Assembly (NCBI RefSeq): GCF_044339515.1
Contig: NZ_JBIIVK010000007.1
Coordinates: 6,776-70,775, forward strand
Source of the DNA: Flavobacterium sp.
Lineage (GTDB): Bacteria; Bacteroidota; Bacteroidia; Flavobacteriales; Flavobacteriaceae
DNA: 64,000 nucleotides
Direction: 5' to 3'
A program made the position numbers and the translations under genes. How positions within the stretch are numbered: the first letter of the stretch is position 1; each line of letters starts with the position of its first letter. The notes beneath the pieces are model-generated. The model was not told the origin of the DNA and did no database searches. It was given only the letters and a program-made list of their open reading frames with translations. Below are positions 1 to 8,602 of the stretch, piece after piece.

Positions 1-550
1 AGTGAGGATTTTTCAAATGTCCTAGTTTTCCGGTCAGATTTGGAATTTCTGCCACATCGGGAACCCAACATTCTTCATACTTTTTGATGATGTATTGGTG
101 TAACTTACTGGTGATCCAACTTGTATTTCCGGTTAATACATTCAATTGATGTGTGATAAAAACGGAAGGCACTTTTTTAGAATAAATACCTAATCGATTA
201 TCGGAGATAATACCAGCTAAACCATATTCTTTTACCCACTTTTTCACCAATTTTCTTTCCAAATAAATGGCTTCCATCATTTTTGGACTGTTTTTAATCA
301 GTTTCCATTTAAAAAAAGCACCATTTTTGGCATATTCAATTTGATAGGAGGGTAATTCCAGAAAAATTAATTCCGGAAATTCTTTTTGTAAAATGTGTAA
401 TGCCACTCCATCAGAAGCAATAACGGGTTCAAAATCGTTTTCCATTAATGCTTCAATAATCGGAATACAACGTGTAGCGTGTCCCAAGCCCCAATTTAAA
501 GGAGCAACGAGAATTTTTGGTTTAACAGTTTCCAAGTCTTGATAACTCAT
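1..550 (-). CDS. Glycosyltransferase, GT-B fold / GT28-like (partial; runs off the left edge)
   Basis: Hand translation from ATG at 550: MSYQDLETVKPKILVAPLNWGLGHATRCIPIIEAL. The G-x-G-H motif is typical of GT-B N-termini. Not in the ORF track because it is truncated. Confidence 0.8.
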   Translation of the reverse strand, partial: MSYQDLETVKPKILVAPLNWGLGHATRCIPIIEALMENDFEPVIASDGVALHILQKEFPELIFLELPSYQIEYAKNGAFFKWKLIKNSPKMMEAIYLERKLVKKWVKEYGLAGIISDNRLGIYSKKVPSVFITHQLNVLTGNTSWITSKLHQYIIKKYEECWVPDVAEIPNLTGKLGHLKNPH

Positions 551-621
551 TTAATAACTGTAAAAGTAGTATTAATTTTGATTGGGTATATTTCCCTAAT
601 TTTACCAAAAAATTAAATTAA

Positions 622-1296
622 GTGGGCAGTAAGAATAAATTAAAGCGTTTTAAAGAAAATGAAACGTTTCAAAATGTAATAGAACCAACCCGTGAAGAAG
701 TAGTTTCGGGTGATTTTAAATGGAAAGGAAATTGGAATAAAGATTTTTTTAAAAACGATAATCCAATTGTTTTGGAATTAGGTTGTGGAAAAGGAGAATA
801 TTCTGTTGGTTTAGCCGAACGTTATCCGAATAAAAATTTTATTGGAATCGACATCAAAGGAGCTCGGTTTTGGCGTGGTGCAAAAACGGCTGTGGAAACC
901 GGCCTGCATAATGTAGGCTTTCTTCGCACACAAATTGAATTGATCGAATATTGTTTTTCCGAAAATGAAGTCGATGAAATTTGGATAACCTTTCCGGACC
1001 CGCAAATCAAATATAAACGAACAAAAAACCGAATGACCAATACCCAATTTTTGCAACGCTATAAAAAAGTATTGAAAAAAGACGGAATAGTTCACTTAAA
1101 AACCGATAGCGAATTCATGCATGGTTACACACTCGGATTGTTGCACGGTGAAGGTCACGAAGTCATTTATGCCAACCATAATGTTTATCGAAATGAAGGT
1201 TCGCCGGAAGTGGTGACAGCCATTCAAACATTTTACGAAAAGCAATATTTAGAAATTAACAAAGCCATTACATATATACAATTTAAGATAAAGTAA
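622..1296 (+). CDS. trmB: tRNA (guanine-N7)-methyltransferase
   Basis: ELGCGKG SAM motif, GIDIK, FPDP and KTD motifs; GTG start. Confidence 0.95.
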   Translation: MGSKNKLKRFKENETFQNVIEPTREEVVSGDFKWKGNWNKDFFKNDNPIVLELGCGKGEYSVGLAERYPNKNFIGIDIKGARFWRGAKTAVETGLHNVGFLRTQIELIEYCFSENEVDEIWITFPDPQIKYKRTKNRMTNTQFLQRYKKVLKKDGIVHLKTDSEFMHGYTLGLLHGEGHEVIYANHNVYRNEGSPEVVTAIQTFYEKQYLEINKAITYIQFKIK

Positions 1297-1322
1297 GCAA
1301 CCCATTACCCATCACCCTAAAA

Positions 1323-1955
1323 ATGAACATCACTCTTCCCATCCTTCTCGGGCTTTCGGCCGCAGCCATTGGAACAACTCCTCCCGGATTGCTCAACATG
1401 ACTGCCGCAAAAGTGAGCATGCGTGACGGAAGAAACCGTGCCTTATGGTTTGCGTTTGGAGCTTCGATAATTGTTTTTTTTCAAACTTTATTAGCGGTTT
1501 TTTTTGCTCGGTTTATTGACCAAAGAGCAGACGTTAGTGCCGTTTTACAAGAAATTGGGTTAGTGATTTTTACAGTACTAACTTTATATTTCCTTTGGAT
1601 AGCCAAAAAACCTAAAGATAAAAAGAAGAAAGAAGAAATCAAAATGCGAAGCAAATCGAGTCGTTTCTTTTTAGGAATGTTGTTGTCTTTGCTTAATTTA
1701 TTCCCGGTTCCTTATTATGTTTTTGTAAGCATTACATTGGGTTCATATGGTTATTTTAATTTTGATACCTTCTTTATCTATTCTTTTTCTGCCGCCTCAG
1801 CCATTGCCGCTTTTTTAGTTTTTTTCGGATACATTTCTTTTTTTAAAGGGAAAGAAAAAAAAGATACTTTTCTATCCAGAAACATCAACTATGTCATCGG
1901 CTCCATAACCGGAATAGTAGCATTGATTACTTTATTTAAAATTTTCTCGCGTTAA
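1323..1955 (+). CDS. LysE/RhtB-family translocator
   Basis: N-terminal PPGLLN motif and about six hydrophobic segments. Confidence 0.75.
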   Translation: MNITLPILLGLSAAAIGTTPPGLLNMTAAKVSMRDGRNRALWFAFGASIIVFFQTLLAVFFARFIDQRADVSAVLQEIGLVIFTVLTLYFLWIAKKPKDKKKKEEIKMRSKSSRFFLGMLLSLLNLFPVPYYVFVSITLGSYGYFNFDTFFIYSFSAASAIAAFLVFFGYISFFKGKEKKDTFLSRNINYVIGSITGIVALITLFKIFSR

Positions 1956-1964
1956 ATTTTTAAG

Positions 1965-2291
1965 ATGGAAGATCATTTTTTTGAAAAAGTATATGACATC
2001 GCCAAACAAATTCCTTACGGAAGAGTTACTTCCTATGGTGCTATTGCCAAGGCTTTAGGAACGGCTCGTTCTGCCCGAATGGTAGGTTGGGCGATGAGTG
2101 CTTCGCATAATCGAGAAGATGTTCCTGCACACCGAGTTGTGAACCGAATTGGTATTCTAACAGGGAAGCATCACTTTCAAGGCACAAATTTGATGCAGCA
2201 ATTACTGGAAAGCGAAGGTATTGAAGTGGTTGATAATCAAATTGTTGATTTTGAGAAGGTTTTTTGGGAGCCGGAGGTTAGCGAATTGTAA
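1965..2291 (+). CDS. Alkyltransferase-like (ATL / MGMT-family) DNA-binding protein
   Basis: IPYGRVTSYG...ARMVG and PAHRVV, with Ala in place of the catalytic Cys of PCHRV. Confidence 0.9.
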   Translation: MEDHFFEKVYDIAKQIPYGRVTSYGAIAKALGTARSARMVGWAMSASHNREDVPAHRVVNRIGILTGKHHFQGTNLMQQLLESEGIEVVDNQIVDFEKVFWEPEVSEL

Positions 2292-2329
2292 TTATTTCCT
2301 AATTTTTCAAAAATTTACAAATAATTACA
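2286..2329. repeat. 44-bp palindromic direct repeat, copy 1 (3' side of fic)
   Basis: TTGTAATTATTTCCTAATTTTTCAAAAATTTACAAATAATTACA, identical to 3714-3757. Confidence 0.95.
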
Positions 2330-3665
2330 TAAATGTTGTTTCAAAATTTTCTCCTTTCCAATAATTAAAAGATTTTTTGTTGATACTCACTTTCTTTAAA
2401 TAATTCTTTTCAACTAATTCTTCGATGTCTGTTCTTGCTGTTTGATTTGTAATTTTGAATATATTTTCAATTTCTTTTACCGTAAAAAATCGATTTTCAT
2501 CTTCTTCTAACCAAAATAAAATTTGTGCTTGTCTTTCATTTATATTGGGAAGCTTTAAAAATTTTGAAAGTTTATTTTCTTCTTTTTTCTTTTTAGCGAT
2601 ATAATTTTTTAAATCTTCAAAAGCTTGCGTTAAGACTTTTACTTGATAATGAATGAAATACGAAACATCCATATCATCAATTTCAGTATAAATATATGCT
2701 TTTTCGTATTGTGTCTTTGTTTTTAATATTACTCTTGAAATGGATAAATATTCAGTCAACCAATAACCATTTTTCAATAAATACCAATAGAAAAGTGCTC
2801 GTGCTGTTCTTCCATTGCCATCAACAAACGGATGAATAAAACCAATTAAAAAATGAAGAATTGATGCTTTCACAATCGGATGAATAAAACTTTCCTTTGG
2901 ATTATTCTTAAAAAAGTCACAAAATGACTTCATCAGTTCATCGAGTTCTTCGAAAGAAGGTGGTGTGTGAACTATTTCTCCGGTGATTTGATTCATAACC
3001 ATCACATCATTTGAAATTCTGAATTTGCCTATATTTCCTTCCTCTAACGTATTTTCTGTAACTAGTTTATGAATTTTAAACAACTTTTCAATGGTTAAAT
3101 CATTCTCTTTTTGTTCGCTTATATATTGAATCGTCTTGTAATTATTCAAAATCATTTGTTCCGATTTGTTGGAAGGTTTTCTTCCTTTTCGAAGCATTTC
3201 TTTTGCTTTTACTCTTGTGGTTGTTGCTCCTTCAATCATCGATGAAAAAATACTCTCTTCCATCAAAGCATTCGAGAGATATTTATGTTTGTCTAAATCA
3301 GAAAGTAGTTGCTCTTTTTGAATTCCAGCCCCAAAGTTGAAATCTAAATAGTGAAGTTTTTGTTGTAAATTTTCATTCACATTAAATTTAAATCGAATTG
3401 AAATATTTTTTTTAAAATTTCCAAAATAAACTTTCGTGTTTTTCAAATGCCGCATTGTTTTTGTAGCAATCCAAAGTTTTCTGGTAAATTCATTTTGTTC
3501 AATTTCATAATGGTCAGGTTTTTTAATGTACTTTATTTTGTCCCAATACGGATATTCAGATTCAATTTTATTAAAGTCTGGAAACTCCAACATTATTAAT
3601 GTGTCAAGTGATTTCAGAGCATTGATTTTGTCACTAAATTCAAAATGTGGAGCTTTTTCTATCAT
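2325..3665 (-). CDS. Fic-family protein (class II autoinhibited type) with C-terminal winged HTH
   Basis: Catalytic motif HPFVDGNGRTAR, upstream inhibitory motif SSMIEG, and HTH-like C-terminus FTVKEIENIFKITNQTARTDIEELVEK. Confidence 0.92.
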   Translation of the reverse strand: MIEKAPHFEFSDKINALKSLDTLIMLEFPDFNKIESEYPYWDKIKYIKKPDHYEIEQNEFTRKLWIATKTMRHLKNTKVYFGNFKKNISIRFKFNVNENLQQKLHYLDFNFGAGIQKEQLLSDLDKHKYLSNALMEESIFSSMIEGATTTRVKAKEMLRKGRKPSNKSEQMILNNYKTIQYISEQKENDLTIEKLFKIHKLVTENTLEEGNIGKFRISNDVMVMNQITGEIVHTPPSFEELDELMKSFCDFFKNNPKESFIHPIVKASILHFLIGFIHPFVDGNGRTARALFYWYLLKNGYWLTEYLSISRVILKTKTQYEKAYIYTEIDDMDVSYFIHYQVKVLTQAFEDLKNYIAKKKKEENKLSKFLKLPNINERQAQILFWLEEDENRFFTVKEIENIFKITNQTARTDIEELVEKNYLKKVSINKKSFNYWKGENFETTFM

Positions 3666-3694
3666 TATTTCCTAATTTTTCAAAAATTTACAAA
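3664..3694. repeat. Partial (31-bp) copy of the fic-flanking repeat
   Basis: ATTATTTCCTAATTTTTCAAAAATTTACAAA, overlapping the fic start codon. Confidence 0.9.
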
Positions 3695-3713
3695 AACAAA
3701 ATTACGGTTTTAT

Positions 3714-3757
3714 TTGTAATTATTTCCTAATTTTTCAAAAATTTACAAATAATTACA
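3714..3757. repeat. 44-bp palindromic direct repeat, copy 2 (5' side of fic)
   Basis: Identical to 2286-2329; with flanking bases it forms a 13-bp inverted repeat, TTTGTAATTATTT/AAATAATTACAAA. Confidence 0.95.
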
Positions 3758-3761
3758 AATC

Positions 3762-5090
3762 TCACTCCAGCAAACAAATAATAAATCGCGTTTTGTTTTC
3801 ATCGATTTGATAATTGAGGTAACCGCCGTGAGCTTCAATAATGTTTTTGGATAAGGTCAACCCAATACCGGCTCCTTCTTTTCGGGTGGTGAAAAAAGGT
3901 AGAAAAATTTTATCTTGAATTTCTGCATCAATCCCAATTCCGGAATCGGAAATAGAAATAAACAATCGTTTATTTTTTTGTTCAGCCGAAATTTCAATGA
4001 TTTTTTCGTCTTTTCCTTCCAAAGCATACAAACTATTGGTTAATAAATTAATCAGCACTTGTTCCATTTGAAGTGCATCAACCATAATCCATCTATTGAA
4101 AGAAATGTTGTTTTTTACGATAATATTTTCTTTTTTAAATAACGAGTTCATCAATTGTAGTGCGTTTTTCATCAACTGATTTAGCTCTGTTTTTTCTTTT
4201 TTAGGCGATGGTAACATAGCGATTTTTCGGTAACTTTCCACAAAATTTTGCAGATGATTACTCCGATGAATCATCGTAGAAACACTTTCTTTAATGTCGT
4301 CTAAATCATCTTTTGAAAGTGATTCTTGTTGCATTAATTCATTCAAATTTTGCGTAAGCGAACGAATTGGCGTAATTGAATTCATCAATTCATGCGAGAT
4401 GACTTTCATCAAATTAATCCAAGCTTCTTTTTCTTTTTTCTCAACCACTTTTTGAATGGAATCTAACATAACAATGTAATATTCCTGGTCGTAAGCTTTT
4501 GTTTTTGAAGCTTGTAGCATAAACGTTTGTGCGTCTTCTTTGTTCACTCGAATTTGTAAAGACGTTTTCAATTCTTCAAAATTTCGTTCTTCAATAATCT
4601 CGCAAAGCGAAGGTAATTGATTTTTTAAATACATCCATTTTGATACTTTTGGTACCATAAAATGACTCGATAAATAGTCGTTCATCAAAAAAATGTTCCA
4701 ATCTTCGTCTGATTTTTGAAGAATTAAAACACCGGTTTCAATGTTGTTTAAAATAGAACGGTAAACCAAATCTTTCGAAACTTGTTCGTTTTGATTTTGT
4801 TTTAATGAATCATATAAACGAAACAAATTTTTGTAATTATCATGCGATTTAAGCTTAGAAAAATCCGCTGAAAAATCATTATTTAAGATTGCAGCAATAG
4901 TTTTATCATAAAATAAAAAAGTGTTTCGAAGAAAAGTAAAAAACTCAATTCCCATCAACAAAAAAAGTAAAAAACCAAAAATGGAAGAATAAATCAAAGA
5001 TTTATACAAAAACAAAAAACTGCCAATAAATACCAAAAGCAATAGCAATAATCGGATAAAGAGTTGATGATATAGTTTTAAATTTTTCAA
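3762..5090 (-). CDS. Sensor histidine kinase (two N-terminal TM helices, HisKA + HATPase)
   Basis: H-box ISHELMNS, N-box QVLINLLTN, DSGIG, F-box FLPFFTT, GAGIGL. Confidence 0.93.
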   Translation of the reverse strand: MKNLKLYHQLFIRLLLLLLVFIGSFLFLYKSLIYSSIFGFLLFLLMGIEFFTFLRNTFLFYDKTIAAILNNDFSADFSKLKSHDNYKNLFRLYDSLKQNQNEQVSKDLVYRSILNNIETGVLILQKSDEDWNIFLMNDYLSSHFMVPKVSKWMYLKNQLPSLCEIIEERNFEELKTSLQIRVNKEDAQTFMLQASKTKAYDQEYYIVMLDSIQKVVEKKEKEAWINLMKVISHELMNSITPIRSLTQNLNELMQQESLSKDDLDDIKESVSTMIHRSNHLQNFVESYRKIAMLPSPKKEKTELNQLMKNALQLMNSLFKKENIIVKNNISFNRWIMVDALQMEQVLINLLTNSLYALEGKDEKIIEISAEQKNKRLFISISDSGIGIDAEIQDKIFLPFFTTRKEGAGIGLTLSKNIIEAHGGYLNYQIDENKTRFIICLLE

Positions 5091-5102
5091 ACCTATTTTT
5101 GA

Positions 5103-6455
5103 TTAATCGGTTGAACCTAAATTGTATTTTTCCATTCTTCGGTACAAAGCCGCTCTTGACAATCCGAGTTCTTCAGCCGATTTGCTTATGTTGAAGTTAT
5201 TTCTATACAATACTTTTTCAATGGAAATTTTTTCAATGTCGGACAAAGGCATTTCTTCCATTTCAAAAGGTGAAAAGTTTATCACATCCAAATCTAAATC
5301 AGCACTTTTGATGGTATTATTTTCACACAAAATCACTGCTCTTTCGATACGATTCTCCATTTCCCGAATGTTTCCTTTCCAAGCGTTTTTTTGGATTTGT
5401 TCCAACGCTTTTTCCTCAAAAACGATTTCTTCTCGTTCATATTTTTGAGTAATTTTTTCCAATAAAAAAGTAGCCAACGGAACAATATCCTCTTTTCGTT
5501 CATGAAGCGATGGAAGTTTAATTTCCATGGTATTGATGCGATAATACAAATCTTCTCTGAATTTTTTTGCGTTAACTTCTTTTTTCAAATCAAGATTTGT
5601 TGCCGTAATAATTCGAATGTTCAATGGTCTGGACTTAGATTCTCCCAATCGCGTAACCGATTTATTTTGAATCACTTGTAATAATTTAGTTTGCAAATGC
5701 AACGGAACATTACCGATTTCGTCTAAAAAAATCGTGCCGTTCTGAGCGGCTTCAAATCGTCCCGGTGTATCATTTTTGGCATCTGTAAAAGCCCCTTTGG
5801 CATAGCCGAATAACTCACTTTCAAAGATACTTTCACTCAACGAACCCAAATCAACATGCACAAAAGCTTCTTTTTTCCGATTGGATTGTTGATGAATATA
5901 ATGTGCTAAAACGAATTTTCCAGTTCCGTTTTCACCTAATATCAACACATTTGCATCGGTTTTTGCAACTTTATCTGCCAAAGAATATGCTTTTTGAATG
6001 GCAATTGATTTTCCGATGAAAAATGAATCTACCTTTACTGAATCTATGGTTTTCTTTCTAATTTTTCGATTTTCTTCAACAGCAAATTTAACAACCGAAA
6101 CCAATTTTTCATTGTCCCACGGTTTTAAAATATAATCAAAAGCTCCTAATTTCAGACCCTCAACAGCGGTTTCCACTTTCCCAAATGCTGTCATCAAAAT
6201 CACCGTCGTTTTGGGTGAAAGGGTTTTGATTTCTTTCAACAAATAGATTCCTTCTCGTCCGTCTTCAAAACCAATGCGGTAATTCATATCCAGCAAAATC
6301 ACATCAACTTCATTTTCTGCTAATAATTCAACTACTTTTTTTGGATTATTGAGTGTAAAAATGGTTTCAAAATGTTTCTTCAACACCATTTTACAAGCAA
6401 ATAGAATGTCTTCTTGATCGTCAATAATTAAAATAGTAGCATTTGTTTTTTTCAT
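5103..6455 (-). CDS. NtrC-type sigma54-dependent response regulator
   Basis: REC domain (IIDD...LLDMN), Walker A GENGTGK, ESELFG..GAFTDA, FLDEI, C-terminal Fis-type HTH. Confidence 0.95.
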   Translation of the reverse strand: MKKTNATILIIDDQEDILFACKMVLKKHFETIFTLNNPKKVVELLAENEVDVILLDMNYRIGFEDGREGIYLLKEIKTLSPKTTVILMTAFGKVETAVEGLKLGAFDYILKPWDNEKLVSVVKFAVEENRKIRKKTIDSVKVDSFFIGKSIAIQKAYSLADKVAKTDANVLILGENGTGKFVLAHYIHQQSNRKKEAFVHVDLGSLSESIFESELFGYAKGAFTDAKNDTPGRFEAAQNGTIFLDEIGNVPLHLQTKLLQVIQNKSVTRLGESKSRPLNIRIITATNLDLKKEVNAKKFREDLYYRINTMEIKLPSLHERKEDIVPLATFLLEKITQKYEREEIVFEEKALEQIQKNAWKGNIREMENRIERAVILCENNTIKSADLDLDVINFSPFEMEEMPLSDIEKISIEKVLYRNNFNISKSAEELGLSRAALYRRMEKYNLGSTD

Positions 6456-6480
6456 GTAAGCTGATTTGTTTCAGTTTCAC

Positions 6481-6517
6481 CGTTCAATTGCGAACAATTA
6501 GTGTCCGAAAATGAACA
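6481..6517. promoter_or_regulatory. Tandem palindromic sites; probable enhancer (UAS) for the divergent NtrC-type regulator
   Basis: CGTTCA-ATTG-CGAACA (6481-6496) and TGTCCG-AAAA-TGAACA (6502-6517), centres 21 bp apart. Confidence 0.55.
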
Positions 6518-6578
6518 CTTGATTTTTTATTTTTTTTGTGATGAATTAAAAATCAACGTCTTACAAAACTTTAATTTT

Positions 6579-6593
6579 TGGCATAAAATTGAC
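6579..6593 (+). promoter_or_regulatory. Possible sigma54 -24/-12 promoter
   Basis: TGGCATAAAATTGAC. The -24 box TGGCA is good; the -12 box is one base closer than consensus. Confidence 0.35.
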
Positions 6594-6618
6594 TTAGATC
6601 ATTACAAATAAATGTATT

Positions 6619-7863
6619 ATGGACACTATCGTTCCTCGTAAAAATAGAAAAAATAAATATATACTGATTGGTTCAACTGTTTTTTTAATCCTGCTTATTT
6701 TAGTGGTGATGAGTATGACCAAAAAAAGAAGTTTGGATGTTTCCATAAACGAAATTTCTATAAAAACGGTAATGGTTGAAAATTTTGAAGATTATATAGT
6801 TTTTCAAGCAAAAGTGGAGCCACTCAATTCAATGTTGCTGAATGTGATTGAAGGTGGTTCTATTCAAGAAATTTTTGTAGAAAATGGCGATTTTGTAGAA
6901 AAAGGGCAACCGCTGGCAAGATTGTATAATCCAAATACTGAATTAAGTTTTATGAATCAGGAAACCGCGATGATTGAACAAATTAACAACCTGAACAAAG
7001 CCAAACTCGATTTGAGAACACAAGAATTAAATTTGGCAAAAGACTTAATTTCCATTGAACACGATTATTTTGATGCAAAAAATTTATATGATTTGAATCA
7101 GAAATTATACAAACAAGAAATTCTTTCCAAAAATGAATGGGAAACCACGCAGGAAAATTTCAGGTATCAAACCGAACGAAAAAACATCATTCAACAAAGT
7201 GTACAAAAAGAAAAGCAAGCCAATCAAATTTTAATCGCACAAATCAATCAATCACAAGGAATTATACAAAAAAGTTTACAGATTTTACGTGAGAATAAAA
7301 AGAATTTTTTGGTCGTTGCTCCGCTTTCCGGAAGATTGTCATCGTTTGAACCTGTCTTGGGAAAAAATTACATTGCCGGAGAAACTATTGGTAAAATTGA
7401 TGTAATGAAAGGCTATAAATTGATGGCAGATGTGGATGAATTTTATTTGGAAAAAGTGTCCGAAGGTCAAAAAGCAAACATTGAATACAAAGAAAAAATG
7501 ATTTCAGTTGTCGTTTCTAAAGTGATTCCTGAAATAAAAAGCGGTCGTTTTCAAGTGGAATTACAATTTGAAGAAAATAAAGAACTCGATTTGCGACAAG
7601 GATTAAGTTTTGGAGTGCGACTGTTATTATCCGAAAAAGTAAAATCAACAGTCATTCCAAAAGGGAGCTTTTATCAAGAAACGGCCGGAAAATGGATTTT
7701 TGTTGTCAATGGCGATAAAGCTGAACGCAGAGAAATACAATTAGGCAGAGAAAATCCATTGTATTACGAAGTGCTTTCCGGCCTGAAAGTAGGTGAAAAA
7801 GTAATAACTTCCGGTTATAAAGATTACGTGGAAATGGAAGTTTTAAATTTAAATAAAAATTAA
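6619..7863 (+). CDS. Efflux periplasmic adaptor (MacA/HlyD family)
   Basis: N-terminal anchor, lipoyl-like GGSIQEIFVENGDFVEKGQPL, coiled hairpin, APLSG. Confidence 0.9.
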   Translation: MDTIVPRKNRKNKYILIGSTVFLILLILVVMSMTKKRSLDVSINEISIKTVMVENFEDYIVFQAKVEPLNSMLLNVIEGGSIQEIFVENGDFVEKGQPLARLYNPNTELSFMNQETAMIEQINNLNKAKLDLRTQELNLAKDLISIEHDYFDAKNLYDLNQKLYKQEILSKNEWETTQENFRYQTERKNIIQQSVQKEKQANQILIAQINQSQGIIQKSLQILRENKKNFLVVAPLSGRLSSFEPVLGKNYIAGETIGKIDVMKGYKLMADVDEFYLEKVSEGQKANIEYKEKMISVVVSKVIPEIKSGRFQVELQFEENKELDLRQGLSFGVRLLLSEKVKSTVIPKGSFYQETAGKWIFVVNGDKAERREIQLGRENPLYYEVLSGLKVGEKVITSGYKDYVEMEVLNLNKN

Positions 7864-7886
7864 TCATCAATCAAAAAACGAATACT

Positions 7887-8591
7887 ATGATCACGATTCA
7901 AAAATTATCAAAAATCTTCCGAACAGAAGAAGTAGAAACCAAAGCTTTAAACGAAATTGATTTGGTTGTTCATCAAGGCGAATTTGTTACCATTATGGGA
8001 GCTTCCGGTTGCGGAAAATCTACCTTACTCAACATTGTGGGTTTGTTAGACAGTGCCTCGGGAGGAAGTTATCAATTGTTGAACCAAGAAATGACTGGTC
8101 TGAATGAATCAGAAAAATCGAAAATCAGAAAGCAAAACATCGGATTTATTTTTCAAAATTTCAACTTGATTGATGAACTTTCAGTGTTTGACAATATTGA
8201 ATTACCACTTATTTATAATAATGTTCCAACTTCTGAAAGAAAGAAAAAAGTGGAAGCAATTGCTGAGCGTTTAGCTATTTCACATCGTTTGAAGCATTTT
8301 CCACAACAACTTTCAGGAGGTCAACAACAACGAGTTGCTGTGGCAAGAGCGTTAATCAATGATCCAAAAATCATTTTAGCCGATGAACCAACCGGAAATC
8401 TAGACAGTAAAAACGGTAATGAAGTGATGGAATTGCTAACCGATTTACACGCCAACGGAGCCACAATTTTGATGGTAACACACTCCGATTATGACGCTTC
8501 TTTTTCTCAAAAAACCATTTATATGAAAGATGGAATGGTGATTTCTGAAAAACAAAACAGTAGAAATGTTGATGTTTTGGTAACCAATTAA
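7887..8591 (+). CDS. ABC transporter ATP-binding protein (MacB/LolD type)
   Basis: GASGCGKST, LSGGQQQR, ILADEPTGNLD. Confidence 0.95.
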   Translation: MITIQKLSKIFRTEEVETKALNEIDLVVHQGEFVTIMGASGCGKSTLLNIVGLLDSASGGSYQLLNQEMTGLNESEKSKIRKQNIGFIFQNFNLIDELSVFDNIELPLIYNNVPTSERKKKVEAIAERLAISHRLKHFPQQLSGGQQQRVAVARALINDPKIILADEPTGNLDSKNGNEVMELLTDLHANGATILMVTHSDYDASFSQKTIYMKDGMVISEKQNSRNVDVLVTN

Positions 8592-8602
8592 ACAGTAAAA
8601 TC

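Noticed and set aside
2286-3757. fic-flanking repeats as a CRISPR array, integron attC site or Xer dif site
   Set aside because: Only three copies, with 1.3-kb and 19-bp gaps, and no cas genes. No RYYYAAC/GTTRRRY attC ends and no 11-6-11 layout with a TTATGTTAAAT-like XerD arm.
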